Source: Mustelus asterias (Eukaryota). From it: 64,000 nt of DNA. Numbering within the stretch: position 1 is the stretch's first letter; the number at the start of each line of letters is the position of its first letter. Positions 38,465 through 51,615 of this stretch are shown here, piece by piece. The DNA lies in NCBI RefSeq assembly GCF_964213995.1, contig NC_135809.1:9672001-9736000 (forward strand), given 5' to 3'. Below the pieces are notes generated by a model, which saw only the letters and a program-made list of their open reading frames with translations, did not search any database and had not been told where the DNA came from. A program made the translations under genes and the position numbers.

Positions 38465-39968
38465 TCACAAGAAATAGGAGTAGGTAATTTGGCCCATCAA
38501 ACCTGCTCAGTCTTTCAGTAGAATCATAGAATCCCTACAGTGGAGATGGACGCCATTCAGTCCATCAAGTCTGCACCGACTCTCCAAAAGAGCATCTTAG
38601 CAATGCTAACCACTGCTATTGTGCCATCCGTGATTGTGATAGATATGAATGTGGCTTTAATTCTGCCTTTGACTTCCTTGTAGATCAAAAATTGTCTGAC
38701 TCAACCTTGAATATATTCACAGAACCAATCTCCACTGTTGTTTGGTAGAAAATTCCAAAGTTTAATCACCCTCTGACAGAAGTTTCTCCCCATCCCTCTT
38801 AAATGGAAGACCCTTTATTTTATATAACTTTTCCCCCTAGATCTTTATTTCATCCATGGGGAAACGTCCTCAGTGCTTAGCCTGTCAAGTCTCCTCAGAA
38901 TCTTGTGTGTTTCAATAAGATTGCGTTTCATTCTTCGAAACTCCAATGAGTAAATGCCCAACCTGTTCAACCTTTCTTAAGAGAACCCCTTCATCCAAGT
39001 AATCAACCTAGTGAATGTTCTCTGAACTGCTTCCAATTATATTGCTTAAGAGAGCAAAATTGTACACAGTACTCTAGGTGTGGTCTGACCAATGCCCTGT
39101 ACAATTGTAGCAAGACCTCCCTACTTTATACTCCATTGCCCTTGAAATAAAGGTCAATATTCCATTTGCCTTCCTAACTATTTGCAATGCCTGCAGGCTG
39201 ACTTTTTGTGATTTCTGTACATGGACACCAACATTCTTCAGTGGTATTTTGCAATTTCTCTCCATTTAAATATAACTCTCCTTTTCAATTTGTCCTACCA
39301 AAGTGGGCAACCTGATATTTTCACACACACAACTCCAAATTTTTGCCCACTCACTTAACCTACATTTATACCTTTGGAGACTTTTCTTTCGTCCTGATGA
39401 CTTGCTTTCCCTACCTATGTTTGTATTATCAGCAGATATGGCTACAACACAGTTGTCCCTTCATTAACATAAATTGTAAATAGTTGAGACTCCAGCTCTG
39501 ATCCCTATGTCACTCCATTTGTTACAATTTGCCAACTTGAAAATGATCCATTTTTCCTGACTTTCTGTTTCCTGTTAATTAGCCAATATTCTATCCATGT
39601 TAATATATTGTCCCCAACTTCTTGAGGTCTTACCTTGTGCAGTAACTTTTTATATGGAACCTTACCAAATGCCATTTGGAAATCTACATATACTTCTTTA
39701 GTTGGTTTCCCTTTATTCTCCCTGTTTGTTGCATCTCCAAAATACTCTAATAAATTGGTCAAACACCATTTCCCTTTCACAAACCATGTTGACTCTGATT
39801 ATATTATGATTTTCTAAGTGTCCTGCTTTACCTCCTTTTACCAATGGCAGCTGTTAGGATAATTGGCCTGTAGTTTCCTGCTTTCTGTCTCCCTCTTTTC
39901 TTGAATAGAGGTGTTAGTTTTATGGTTTTCCAATTCATTGGGACTTTTCCAGAATCTAGGGAACTTTA
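38465..39968 (-). mobile_element. CR1-type LINE fragment
   Basis: CLTNLLEYF...VYVDFQMAFGKVPYKKLL, decayed RT. Confidence 0.8.
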
Positions 39969-40025
39969 AACTGCACACAAAAACTACAAGCTGTTTCAAG
40001 ATTTGGTGTTACTGTGTTCTTTCAG

Positions 40026-40258
40026 CAGCTCCAAAACGTAAAAGAGGAAGACCTCCAGGGTCGCAGAAAAATAAGTCTGAGGGAGCAAGCACGAAACGAG
40101 GCAAAACAGAAGGGAAATCAGGGGGGAAGCAAGAAAAAATCACCAATGCTTTTAAAGTTACGAAAAGAAAAATTGATCGATTCAATGGAACAACTGAAGC
40201 TGAGCTTTTAACAAAAACCTTACCGGATATATTGACCTATGGTTTAGACATTGTGATT
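40026..40258 (+). CDS. TDG: TDG coding exon 3
   Basis: KRKRGRPP...QEKITNAFKVTKRKIDRFNG...TKTLPDIL...LDIVI. Confidence 0.94.
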
Positions 40259-40659
40259 GTGAGTTAATGTTTCCCTTAATTTTTATGAGTTTGATTTAAT
40301 CCAATTGCAATCAGCAGAAGATTATTAAATATTATGGTCAAGTCTCCAAAGAAAACGATTCAAGATTTTTAGTGTGAAAGCAACATGATCAGAAACCAAA
40401 ATCTGTCGGGTATTTGAATGTGAACGGTGCAGAGATATGTGTTCTTGTGTGCTTCAGCAAGGTAATTGAGCTTTAGGTGGCTTCTGTTATCTCCCTTTCA
40501 TGAGGGGTGTAAAGATTAAATATAAGCCAGGGCTATCCTGCAGTTACCCATGTAGTCAAGTGACTAATAGAGCATTCCACTTTTGAGTGTCTGTAGCCCG
40601 AGAGTGATCAAATTGTGAGAAGGCCTTAGAACTATGGCTACCAAAAGCAAAGAGTAGCA

Positions 40660-41285
40660 CAAGTCTTTGAATGTGATAGGACTAGTGGAAAAAAACTGGT
40701 AAAGGGGCATTTGGGGTTCATGGTTTTATATATATATATAGAGAGAGGCATTGACAAAATCAGGGAAGTTGTACTAATTCTTTATAAAACATAGTTTAGT
40801 CCAAGATGGAGTATTGTGGCTAATGCTGGATGCTGTTCTTTAGAAGGTATGGTAAGGCCTTAGAGAGAGTGCAGAGGAGATTTACTGAATTGCACTAAGT
40901 ATCAACAAAACTACAATTATGTGTAGAAACTGGCGGTAGTCTCCTTAATGCCGAGAAGGTTATGGGGAGATTTGAAGAGATGTTGAAAGCCATATGAAAT
41001 GTTGAGAACATAGGTGAGGGAAAACTGTTTCCAGTAGCAAATGGTTTGATAACCATGATGAACACAGATTTAAGACAATTGACAGAAAAACCAGAGGTGA
41101 TATGAAAAAACTTTTTTTTTACTTCTTGAAATCTGAAACACACTACCTGAAAGGTTGGCGGATGCAGAAAAAATAAATGATTTGTTGGGCAATGTGTGAA
41201 GAAACAAATTGGATAGCTCTTTCAAAAAGCTTGCATTGGCACATTGGACTGAATGTTCTCATTCTGTACTGTATAATTCTATGAA
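40660..41285 (+). mobile_element. old CR1-type LINE 3' fragment
   Basis: Decayed CR1 3' sequence ending TAATTCTATGA. Confidence 0.6.
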
Positions 41286-41796
41286 ATATCTGAAGAGCAT
41301 CACTTTTCTGAATATTATAATTGGAAAAGTATGTTTTTCTTATTTGCAATCTGAATTACAATTCTAAGCTGACAAAAGTGATTTGTCATGCTAATATAAT
41401 GTAGGGAGCCAATCTGTTAACAAGACATATTGTATTGTGGTTGAAAGGTGGGATTAGTTTGGTCACTATTGCAGGGTGAATAACTGTTAGTGTGGGAAAA
41501 ATAGCTAATGTTTTTACTTGGGTATATTTACCTGACATTTTAGGACTTGTTGCTGCAGATTCCTTGATTGCCACTTAGAGGTGCTGCTGATCTTTTGAAA
41601 ATCCATGTTCAGTATGTGTTTTTGAATCCTAAAGTCTAACCGAATTGCTGATGTAATATATTTCCTGTTGACTAAAATATCTAAGAAGCTTTAGGAAGCC
41701 ATGCTATCTAAACAGTAGTTCTTCTGTTGAGGCTACCAGCTAGGATTCATTCCTCTTGCTGTGAAATAGCAAGACAGACACAGCTTAATATGTTTA

Positions 41797-42097
41797 ATAG
41801 CACTGCTGTCTCACAGCGCCAGGGACCCGGGTTCAATTCCAGCCTTGGGTGACTGTCTGTGTGGAGTTTGCACGTTCTCCCTATGTCTGCTTGAGTTTAC
41901 CCTGGGTGCTCTGTTTTCCTCCTAGAATCCAAGGATGTGCAGGTTAGTTAGATTGACCATGCTAAATTGTTCCTTAGTGTCATGGGGTTAGCAGGGTAAA
42001 CATGTGGGGTTAAGGGAATAGGGCCTGGGTGGGATTGTTGTTAGTGCAGGCTCACTGGGCTGAATGGCGTCCTGCACTGCAGTGATTCTATGATTCT
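41797..42097 (+). mobile_element. HE1-like V-SINE, tail type 1
   Basis: Family match. Confidence 0.87.
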
Positions 42098-42931
42098 ACT
42101 CATAGAATCATAGAGTTCTACAACACAAAAAAAGGCCCTTTGGCCCATCCTGTCTGCACTAACCATCAAGCACCTATCTGTTCTAATCCCATTTTCCATC
42201 ACTTGATCTGCAGCCTTATACTATGAAGAAATTAGGTTTATCTATGTAGGTTTCTGATCTAAACTTCCCAGGTGGAGAGGGAAAGCTTTATTGTTTTATT
42301 AGTAAATATACTTGGAACAAGATTATTTCCTATATTGTGCTACTACTGAATCCAAACTATTCTGCTCTGTTGGTGCATAAAATAAAGCTATTTTGAAGTG
42401 GAGATTTCAGCCAAATCTCGGCACTTATATTCTGCCATCAGAGAGAGTATTCCTGACATTTTTGTTAGTGTCTTGAATAATATATCACATCTGGAAAGTT
42501 ATTCAAGTCTTTTAGGCCAAAATTCCATAGAAAGTCTTTGAATATGGTTGCATTTTTCATTAAACAAAGTGATGTGTCCCCGGCGCTCAATATATTGCAA
42601 AATAGAAACGTATGCTTGGTTTCCTGCTTCCCACTGCTGGAAATACTTAATGAAGGCAGAATTGGGCTCAATAGTGATGCTCTTCTCCTGGTGAAATATA
42701 TTGCAAATACTCCGTATCAAGGCTGACCTTTTGAGTTATTGGACATTTCTGCAGGGATGCCTAGCACCAGTGTAACTGCAATATCTTTGACTGTGTTTTA
42801 GAGAAGATGCCCGTCATCAAATTCAGCAGGAAGGCACAATTACTAAATGTTTTGGCTTGATGTATATTTTTTCATAGCTGACTGGTTGTAATTTCCTTTC
42901 CAGTCTAAATTGAATCTGCTATTTGTTTTAG

Positions 42932-43001
42932 ATTGGAATTAACCCAGGGTTGATGGCAGCATACAAAGGACATCATTACCCAGGACCAGGAAATCATTTT
43001 T
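42932..43001 (+). CDS. TDG: TDG coding exon 4 (catalytic GINPG)
   Basis: [23 protein letters not shown]. Confidence 0.97.
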
Positions 43002-43140
43002 GTAAGTTCTTGTATGTACAGAAATTCTGTTGAGTGTTCTTAAATCTTATAGATCTTTTGAAGTTTGTTCGGGTACATATTTTCACTGTCTCGTTCTTGT
43101 TGTATATTTAAACTTTCACACATGCTTCTTTCCTCTTTAG

Positions 43141-43276
43141 GGAAATGCTTGTTTTTGTCTGGTCTTATTGATAAGCCTTTAAATCATGCGGATGATACTT
43201 CTTTACCAGAGAAGTATGGAATAGGTTTCACAAACATGGTGGAGAGGACTACTCCGGGAAGCAAGGACCTCAAAAG
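43141..43276 (+). CDS. TDG: TDG coding exon 5
   Basis: WKCLFLSGL...[19 protein letters not shown]. Confidence 0.96.
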
Positions 43277-43359
43277 GTGATTAATGAATGTAAATCAAAA
43301 TTCCAATTTTTGGTTTTGTTTAGAAAGAAAATGTAATTTAAAAATTCTTTGCATTTCAG

Positions 43360-43442
43360 TAAAGAGATTCGCGAAGGAGGCAAAATACTTCTGCAAAAAC
43401 TGCAGAAATTTAAGCCACGGATTGCTGTTTTTAATGGAAAAT
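43360..43442 (+). CDS. TDG: TDG coding exon 6
   Basis: [27 protein letters not shown]. Confidence 0.96.
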
Positions 43443-44189
43443 GTGAGTAGAAATATGGAAAATCTAAAATCAAACTTTTCACCATCTTAATGTCATAGTT
43501 TAATGTCTCAAATGATTTTTGTGTTGCTGCAAATTGGGGTATTAGTGCTGGGAAATAATACCCAGTATTCATATCAAACATTGCCAGATCATGTGTAACA
43601 AATTAGAGTAAAGCTTCCTCTGTCTCAACCCAAGAGAACACTGCGTCATTTCACCCCATCAGTCTGGACATAATTTAAGACAAGATCTCAGAGGGGAAAG
43701 ACCTCTCTACTACCCAGATCCCCCCAAAAATATGAATTTGCACTTGGAGTGCTATGTTTAACTTTGGCCTCCTTACTTAAGGAGTGATATATTTGCACTG
43801 AGAAGATTCATTAGGCTGGTTCCTGGAATAAAGGGGTTGTCCTATGAAATGAGGGGTCTCACATTTAAGACAGATGAGGGTGATGTTTTTCTGAGGATCA
43901 TACATGTTTGGAATTCTCTCCCTCAGTGAGCAGTGGAGGCTGGGTCATTGAATATATCCATAGCTGAGTTAGACAGATTTATGATTGACAAGGAAGTCTG
44001 TATTATGAGGGGCAGGCAGGAAAATGGTTATTATCACAGTACAATCAGACATGATCTTACTGACTGGAGAAACGCCCTAGTGGCAACATGGCTTACTGCT
44101 GTTCTATTTATTATGTTCTTATCCTTGAATGCAAATTATTTAATAATATGATCTAGAAATAGTTGCTTAGTAATATAGAACTTGAGTAC

Positions 44190-44595
44190 TTTTGAAAAGA
44201 GACATGCTGCTGAAGCTTTTTATCTTGCACTCATCAGAACATAATACCAAATTTGAAAGCGATCATCAATTTGTACTCTTGTGAGAAAAGGGTGCTGATT
44301 GATTGGCGAGTTGACTTTGGTTGAGTTATTGCTGTGGAGAATGCATTAGGGAACTATTGTTCCTCCAAATTTTTGTTTAATTGAAAAGAAAGCTCAATGT
44401 CTGGGCATGTTTGTTTTTGCTTGCAGAGGACAGGTTCCTGCATATGAATACACGTAGCTTTGACCCTTGCTAAATGAGCCACATTGGGAGCCCTAATAAT
44501 GATCTTAAATTGGCTGTTAATATAATTCTTAGCACATTCAGGATTATTCAGCAAGTACTGCCCATTCATGGAATCATATCTAACGTTAGACATTG
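44190..44595 (-). mobile_element. second Penelope-like family, 3' fragment with a degenerate hammerhead-like motif
   Basis: GQYLLNNPECAKNY...FKII.RA...KATCIHMQEPVLCKQK resembles a GIY-YIG C-terminus; downstream CUGAUGA at 44237-44231. Confidence 0.65.
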
Positions 44596-44928
44596 GGCTG
44601 TAACTTCTGAGCTCCACAGCACTGTAACTAAGCAGGATCTAGTAGATGGCTGAGGTAGGGATTGCATGGGAAGTTCAGAATTTCAGTGGGCAACAGCTCT
44701 GCACTGGGAATCATTCAAAAATGCAATTTAAACACAAACTTTGGATGGTTCTGATTATGTCACATAATAGTTACCCAGAAAAGGTTAGAATTAAATCCAC
44801 TTCTAGCTCCACACCGCAATAACCAATAGGAAGGAGATTGCATTGGAAAATGATTGATGCTTTCAAAGCTGATTAGGGGAATCTGCCCTGGTGAATTTGA
44901 ATTTGATTTTGCTTAACTTTTGTTGCAG

Positions 44929-45023
44929 GCATCTATGAGATTTTTAGCAAAGAAGTATTTGGAGTTAAGGTCAAGAAATTGGAGTTTGGGCAGCAGCCGC
45001 ACAAGATCCCTGACGGAGAAACA
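44929..45023 (+). CDS. TDG: TDG coding exon 7
   Basis: [29 protein letters not shown]. Confidence 0.96.
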
Positions 45024-45968
45024 GTAAGCACTGGGTTCGCTTATTTACACACACTCAGCTCCTGTTGGAAAGCTCTTCAACTGTCTTCTCAAAAATCTAT
45101 TCCAATCTGTTGGTTTTTAACCATCCTTTATAATCTTTATTAGGTTAGGTGGAGAAGTGTTTCTAAAAGTTAGCATTTGTTTTACCAGTAATTCATCTAG
45201 ATTCACATTTCAATACATGACCAATCTTCCGCGTTCAAATAATTTATTCCCTTCATTGAAACTTGAGTTCACCTGGAATCGGTCTTAAGTTTGCTGAAGA
45301 AAAGGCTCCCAAGTGTCTCACAGCCCAGTGATCTGTTTTGAGATCACCTTTCTGCCTTTGGATGGAGCAGTTTCCAATATGGTGACCCATAAACCTATTC
45401 AAGCTGGTATAGGGTTAATATTAAATATTGATTCAATTCTCTTCTGGAATTCCAGATTGCTTATTTGGCCTCTATCCCAAAACTTTGCTCTTCAATTCCT
45501 TTTGCCCACAACTCGCCAATTACCCCCCCTTCGCCTCCCTCAACTCAAACAAAACCTTTTAACATCTGCCTGCGCAGTTCTATCTTCCACCCGAGGGGTT
45601 TTTCACAGTAAGTTCATTGCAGTGTTAATGTAAGCCTACTTGTGACACTAATAGATAAACTTAAATTTAGTCACTATGAAACACAGAACAAGTTTGGCGT
45701 TCTTCTCACGTTTGACCTAATTTTTCCCGACTCTTTATTGAGTCGACTCTTCCAATTGCCTTAAGATCTGTACTCTCTGGCTTTCATTTGCCTTGAATTG
45801 TCCAACCTATATTTTTGTATCTTAATCTCATCTGTCCTTGCCACTTGCTGTTAGTGCCACCTTCAAACATGCTATTCGCAGCAACCCTGCTTCATTTCTT
45901 TTTCACTTACTTTCCTCTGGTGAGGTTTCCTGTAAAGCTAAATACATAATTATAACTTTATTTTCAAG

Positions 45969-46140
45969 GTGGTTTATGTCATGCCTTCTTCCAGTGCAAG
46001 ATGTGCACAGTTTCCTCGGGCCCAGGACAAGGTACATTATTACATCAAGCTAAAGGAATTGCGAAATCATTTGAAGGGCATAAGAACTGCTACAGAGGTC
46101 ACTGAAGTAGAATACTCATTTGACTTGCAAAAAGCTCAAG
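45969..46140 (+). CDS. TDG: TDG coding exon 8
   Basis: [26 protein letters not shown]...[10 protein letters not shown] (SUMO-interacting motif). Confidence 0.96.
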
Positions 46141-48068
46141 GTAAATAGCCTGCAGTTACAATTCAAGCATCTCCCTTTTCTTAAAGGCTTAGTCTTAAAT
46201 CTTCCCTCATCCACCAACTTTCTGAAATTTTGTTGCTGGGAGTAACTTGCTTGGATTGATAGTATTTCCATAGATTGCACAGCAATTAATATTTATTTAC
46301 AGCTGAATAGAAATGTGAAGCACAAAACTTAGTACAGTTGATTTGTGTATTGTGTAACCATAAATAAATTAAACTGCTGTAATGTCATTTGTAAGGACTT
46401 TGGGGAAATAGCTCAGCTTTGAGAGTGGAAAGAGCTGCGAGGGGAGGATTTCTCACCTCCCCATGGCGTGTTTCTCGCGGTGGGAGGCAGCATGCCATTT
46501 GCTGGCAGCAGGATGCTCGCGTGCTGCCGCTGTCAACAGGATTTTTTCATTCAGAGGGTGGTGAATCTTTGGAAGTATCTACCACACAGGGCTGTGGAAG
46601 CTCAATCATTGAGCAAGTTCAAGACAGAAGTCAGTAGGTTTCTGGAAGCCAGTGACATCAAAGGATCTAGGGACGGTGCAGGAAAATGGCTTTGATCAGT
46701 TGTGATCAAATTGAATGATGGAGCAGGGTTGATGGGCTGAATGGCCTGCTCATTGTTCCAAATAAATCAACTACTTCAGATAACTGGAAACCTTGTTTGC
46801 ATTGATGTAACCATCAGCTATTTAAATCCATGAGCTGAGTGAATGGGCTGAATCTTCCGAGCAGTTGGATTGCCACTCCGCTGGTATTTTTTTATACTTT
46901 AATATGGAGCTTTGCATTTCTGGCCCAGAATTCTGAACTGGGCTTCTTGAGAAATGCAGAATGTTCCTAGGAGTCCTCTTTCAGTATACAGGATCGTGAG
47001 GGAAAGTCATATTCCAGTAGAGAGTTTAAGCCACTTGAGAAGCTATGGAGAGAAGGTAAGTGAGTGAGGGGGTAGGATCACGGGTGAGAGAGTAGGATGT
47101 CTGGTGATGGGGAGTAGGGTGGCAGGTTGGTGAGTGAGAAGTTAGGTGGGTGATCAGGAGGGTAGATGAATCGGGGTGGTGAAGTGTGAGCGGTCCAGTG
47201 GGGAGTCAGGGTGTCTGTTGAACCTGGGAGTTTGAACTGGTTTTAATCCTTCTAACTTTTCCTGGGTAGCTATTCTGTTAAGCGAGTCGGAACTGTCCAA
47301 AGTCTCTAGTTTTAACTTAGAATTTCAGAGGGTTCCAGATGCAGTGGAATAGCCCATTGGAAGTCCAAACTTCCTGGGGAATTCCCAGATAATCAGGGCG
47401 TTGGGACTTCTGATTGGTTCGCCCAGTGAATCTTTGGGAGTAATTCTGGGGTACAATCATCTGGGGATTGGAAGTTCTGGGCCATTTAGAGACCTTTGGC
47501 TGCTATTGAACTATCATAAGCTCAAAACTATACACTTTCAAAAAACATCCCAATTCTACTCACTTTTTCCCTTCAGTACCCAAAGGGCCTTAATTAGGTA
47601 ACGCTAATTCTGATATTTTCCTAGCTGAAAAAAATTTCCTAGCTGAAATCTATACAAGTGGTTGTTTCACTGCTGGATAGGAAGACCTGCTGTCAAACAA
47701 AAATATTAATCAATTACTCAACAAGGAAGAGCGCATCCAGTTAAAATACAATGCACTGAGGGTTAAAATTCAATTACTGTAACTTTTATTTGCTGTACGC
47801 ATTTTAGCTTTATACCCAGTTTATGTAGAAATGAAGGTTAATACCCAATTAGTATCAGTGTTCGCTATAGCATTGGAATGTTGGATTCCAGTTAATTAGA
47901 CACAGGCTGAATCCGAGGCTTTATCATCACAATTGATGAGTTCTTGATTTGTCCACAATTTGTAGTAGTACAATTAAAGCACCTCTGAATTCATAGTCTG
48001 TTTTTATTATTGTTTTAAATAAAAATCATTTTTTAACGAGCTTGATGATGTTCTGATTCTCCCTCTAG

Positions 48069-48197
48069 CGGAAGCAAAGAAAATGGCGATTAAAGAGGAG
48101 AAATATGACCCTGGTTACGAAGCTGCTTTTGGTGGCTCATATATGGAAAAATCCGATGAAAGCAATGGGCAGTGCCATTTTGCTACAACTGAACCAG
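48069..48197 (+). CDS. TDG: TDG coding exon 9
   Basis: AKKMAIKEEKYDPGYEAAFGG (SUMO consensus IKEE). Confidence 0.94.
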
Positions 48198-49807
48198 GTA
48201 AATGTACAATTGATTTCTACAGTGAGCAAATGGCTTGGGATTTTACAGCTTATGTTGATGTGATCTTTTTACTAAGTGCCAAACGGTCTAGTGACCTGCA
48301 GGGAGCTACCATATGTGGATTTTTATCAGTCATATAACTTACAATATCAAAGCAAATGCTGTTAATTTGTTACTAGTATAATTCGAGAGTCAATGAAGGA
48401 AGCGTGCTACCTTCTTCACAGCATCACAATTATTTGCACTTTTAATTAAATAATTATTCTTGAAGAAAGGATACAATCTTTGTTGTGATTCCTAAACCAC
48501 ACTGTGTATACAAACTATGATTCTGGCAGATCTCTGTATAAATAGCCATATAGCTCCCTCCCTGGAATCCATTTGTCTCAGTATGAAATAGTTGAAGAAG
48601 GGTATGAGCAAGGCCCGAATAACCTATCCCTGCTCGTATTTTCTATGGTTGAAAGGAGTAATCCTTGTGAAGTACAAGTTATTTAGAGATTGAAATTGGA
48701 AATTACCAGTTGTCCTTTTGAAAACTCTGCTATTACTACATGTAAGTTGCTACTGTTGGACTAACCTATGTTTTGGAAGTGTTCTAGCCTACTTAGTTTT
48801 TTTAAATGAGTTGGTTTACAACTGCATGCAACAACTTGTATTATTTGGGGATAGTAGGGGACAGAATTCAGTAACCCCAATATAAACAATGTATAAAGGA
48901 TTACAATGCACCATTAAATGCATTATGCAATATAATAATCTGAAGTTGGGTGTGGCATATATTTCACACTATGGCTTGCTTTGTTTAAAATGTCAGGCAA
49001 GTTTTCATCAGATGGAAGTGCAGCGACTAGAGATTGTTGACCAACAAGCAACTTCAGCTTGTCGAAAAGAGTAGAACCAGAGAATGCACCCTGTATTTGA
49101 AGGAGGGTTGAATTCAAAACAAATCTGCAAAAATTATATGTTAGTGAGTGAGCGGTCAGTCTACAGAGCAGATCCTTAGTGAGACTGGCTGATTTAATTC
49201 AGAGTAGTTGGATTTCTTTTGGCAAATAATATTTGAGTTACAGTATATGAATAATTTGAGACATAATGTGGTAAGTACGGAATGGTTGTGGTTGGTTGGG
49301 GGGGTTGCGGTGGGAATGTGATTTTCGACCAATGGCTCCCAAAGTCTCCGCCACAGGGATTTTCCTTGTGTCATTTCTGTATTTGTTGTAGACTAATAAA
49401 TTGCTGACTAATCGTAGTAATTATTCTCTAACAGTGTTGTACTCTGGAGAAAAGCAGAAGTCATGTTAGAGGATCCATGGTCTCAGTTCATTGAGCGATT
49501 CCTATGATGATCTTGTGTTGCAAATGTAGTGCAAAACTTAATGAATTCCATAGTGACTCAAGATGATTTCCTGGTGTTTGTCTTGAAAGAAGATAGGTTC
49601 AAAATGTTTGTACGTTGAAGTTGCAAAAGTTAGTAACATTACAATATTAAATGCTTTCATCTTTGAATTTATATTTTAAACTTCAGTTCAGCATTTTTTG
49701 ATTGCAGTCACATTTACCTAAGCATAGTATTTTGATTATATTTTTGGACCATTTTCAGATTTACTTTACAAAATAGCACCGTCACTTTGATTAAATTTGT
49801 TTTATAG

Positions 49808-49950
49808 CGGCAGCCACCAACTCTGAATTCAACATGGGCTCAAAGTTTTGCCAAGTTCCTGATGGTCAGTGGATGACCCAGTCGTTCGCAGATCAGATTC
49901 CTTCAATCAACAACTATTGCACACAGTCTGAAGAAGGAAATAGTACATAA
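49808..49950 (+). CDS. TDG: TDG last coding exon
   Basis: GQWMTQSFADQIPS...GNST-stop. Confidence 0.92.
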
Positions 49951-50856
49951 TAAATTGACAGGTTTGCAGAATTTCATGTTACTGCAGTTTTAATGCAGTC
50001 TTACAAAGTACTGTACCTCAGTTTTTGAACTGAAGAGGTTTTGGGATAATATTTCTTTTTACCCTAATGTTTTAAGTCTAGAATTGTGCGTAAACGTAAT
50101 GATGTAGTAAAGGTTAGAAAGCTGAATTCTTAAACTTTTAGAATTAAACTTTGCCCAAAATATTTATAGCTGGAAAGAGAAATAGTTTTAAATGAACATT
50201 TCTGGGGTTTTTTTTAAGTGGACAGGTGCTCATTTGATTCCTGTAATATAGTTGGGGGTTTCTTGCGAGTACAGATTCTCTTCTGCCCAAGTGTTTAAAT
50301 TGTAAGGCTGTTAGGTCATTCAGAAATTCTTTCTGTTACTGCTAGCAATAGATTGGGTGCAGTGTAGCCTTTATTGATCTTGGTCAAAGTAGTGGGAGTT
50401 CAGAAACAATCATCGTGTAACATTTCTAACAGAGTTGAAACGATGCTGTTTAAGGTCTTGCTTATTTGAAGCTATTTTAACATTTGCATTTTTCAGGATA
50501 TGTTGAAGTTCTAACAATAGCTGTTTCGATTTCAGACCTGTTCAGCAAACTACTTTAATTTTAAATTTATTAGACCAAAGGGTGCATGTTTTTTTTTAAA
50601 AATCGTATAATGAATACGGGTCCAGGTGTCCATTTGTTTATGCAAATTCAACACTAGATCAGAGCAGTTTCGATTCATTACTTTAAACCCGTTTTGAAAT
50701 GTTGGTGAGGGTGGCAATATGTCGCTTCCCCATAGAAAACTAAAACTAAATTAAGGAAGATGAACTTATTTTTTCCATTGACTGTACTTTTTCACTATGT
50801 ATTTAAGAATAAGGGTGCTACACTGTTGTAAAAACAATAAGCATAAATAATCATGT

Positions 50857-51060
50857 GGAGTTGCCGGCGTTGGACTGGGGTAAGCACAGTAAGTAGTCTC
50901 ACAACACCAGGTTAAAGTCCAACAGGTTTATTTGGTATTGCGAGCTTTCGGAGCATTGCCCCTTCTTCACTCACCTGATGAAGGGGCAACGCTCCGAAAG
51001 CTCATGTTACTAAATAAACCTGTTGGACTTTAACCGGGTGTTGTGAGACTTCTTACTGTC
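50857..51060. mobile_element. palindromic Penelope-derived mini-element in the TDG 3' UTR
   Basis: Inverted arms; direct repeat CATAAATAATCATGT at 50842-50856 and 51061-51075. Confidence 0.88.
50972..51006 (+). ncRNA. minimal hammerhead ribozyme motif, sense to TDG mRNA
   Basis: CAC-CUGAUGA-A-GGGGC-AAC-GCUCC-GAAA-GC-UC-AUG. Confidence 0.6.
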
Positions 51061-51189
51061 CATAAATAATCATGTTTTACAATTGACACTTGTAAGTCTA
51101 TTCTTCACTCAAAGTTGCTTTATTTAAATTCTGATTCATATTTTAGCAGTATGTTCCCCATTTGTATGGTTACTTTAACCATATTGCTT

Positions 51190-51195
51190 AATAAA
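51190..51195 (+). terminator. candidate TDG polyadenylation signal
   Basis: AATAAA with a downstream T-rich tract. Confidence 0.5.
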
Positions 51196-51615
51196 AATTA
51201 CAATTCTTTTATCTTTTTGCGCAAAGCAATTTTGAATTATCAGAAGTAGACCATTTGAAAAGTTGTCAATGGTGCACAAGAAAAGCCAGAGGATAGGTTC
51301 TTGGGCAAATATTTTAATTATGTTTAAAAATCTGAGTCAGCAATAATACAAGCCTTCAGCATTTGTGGTTTTAATGTTTTTGCATTCACTGTATAAGATT
51401 CAATTGAAAATTGTCTGGATATTAAATGGGGCATTCACAGTTCTGGCTCTCGTGCATTTCAAAGCACTTATCCCTTCGGGCTGAATTTGTGCACTTTTCT
51501 CTTCAAGCTAAATTTGTGCAACAATTTTCTTTCAGCCTGATTCAAATTTGAATACAGAGAATTAAATTCTTTCTGTGAGCCCTTGTGCTTAAATCTAGAG
51601 AAATGTAGCTCACTC

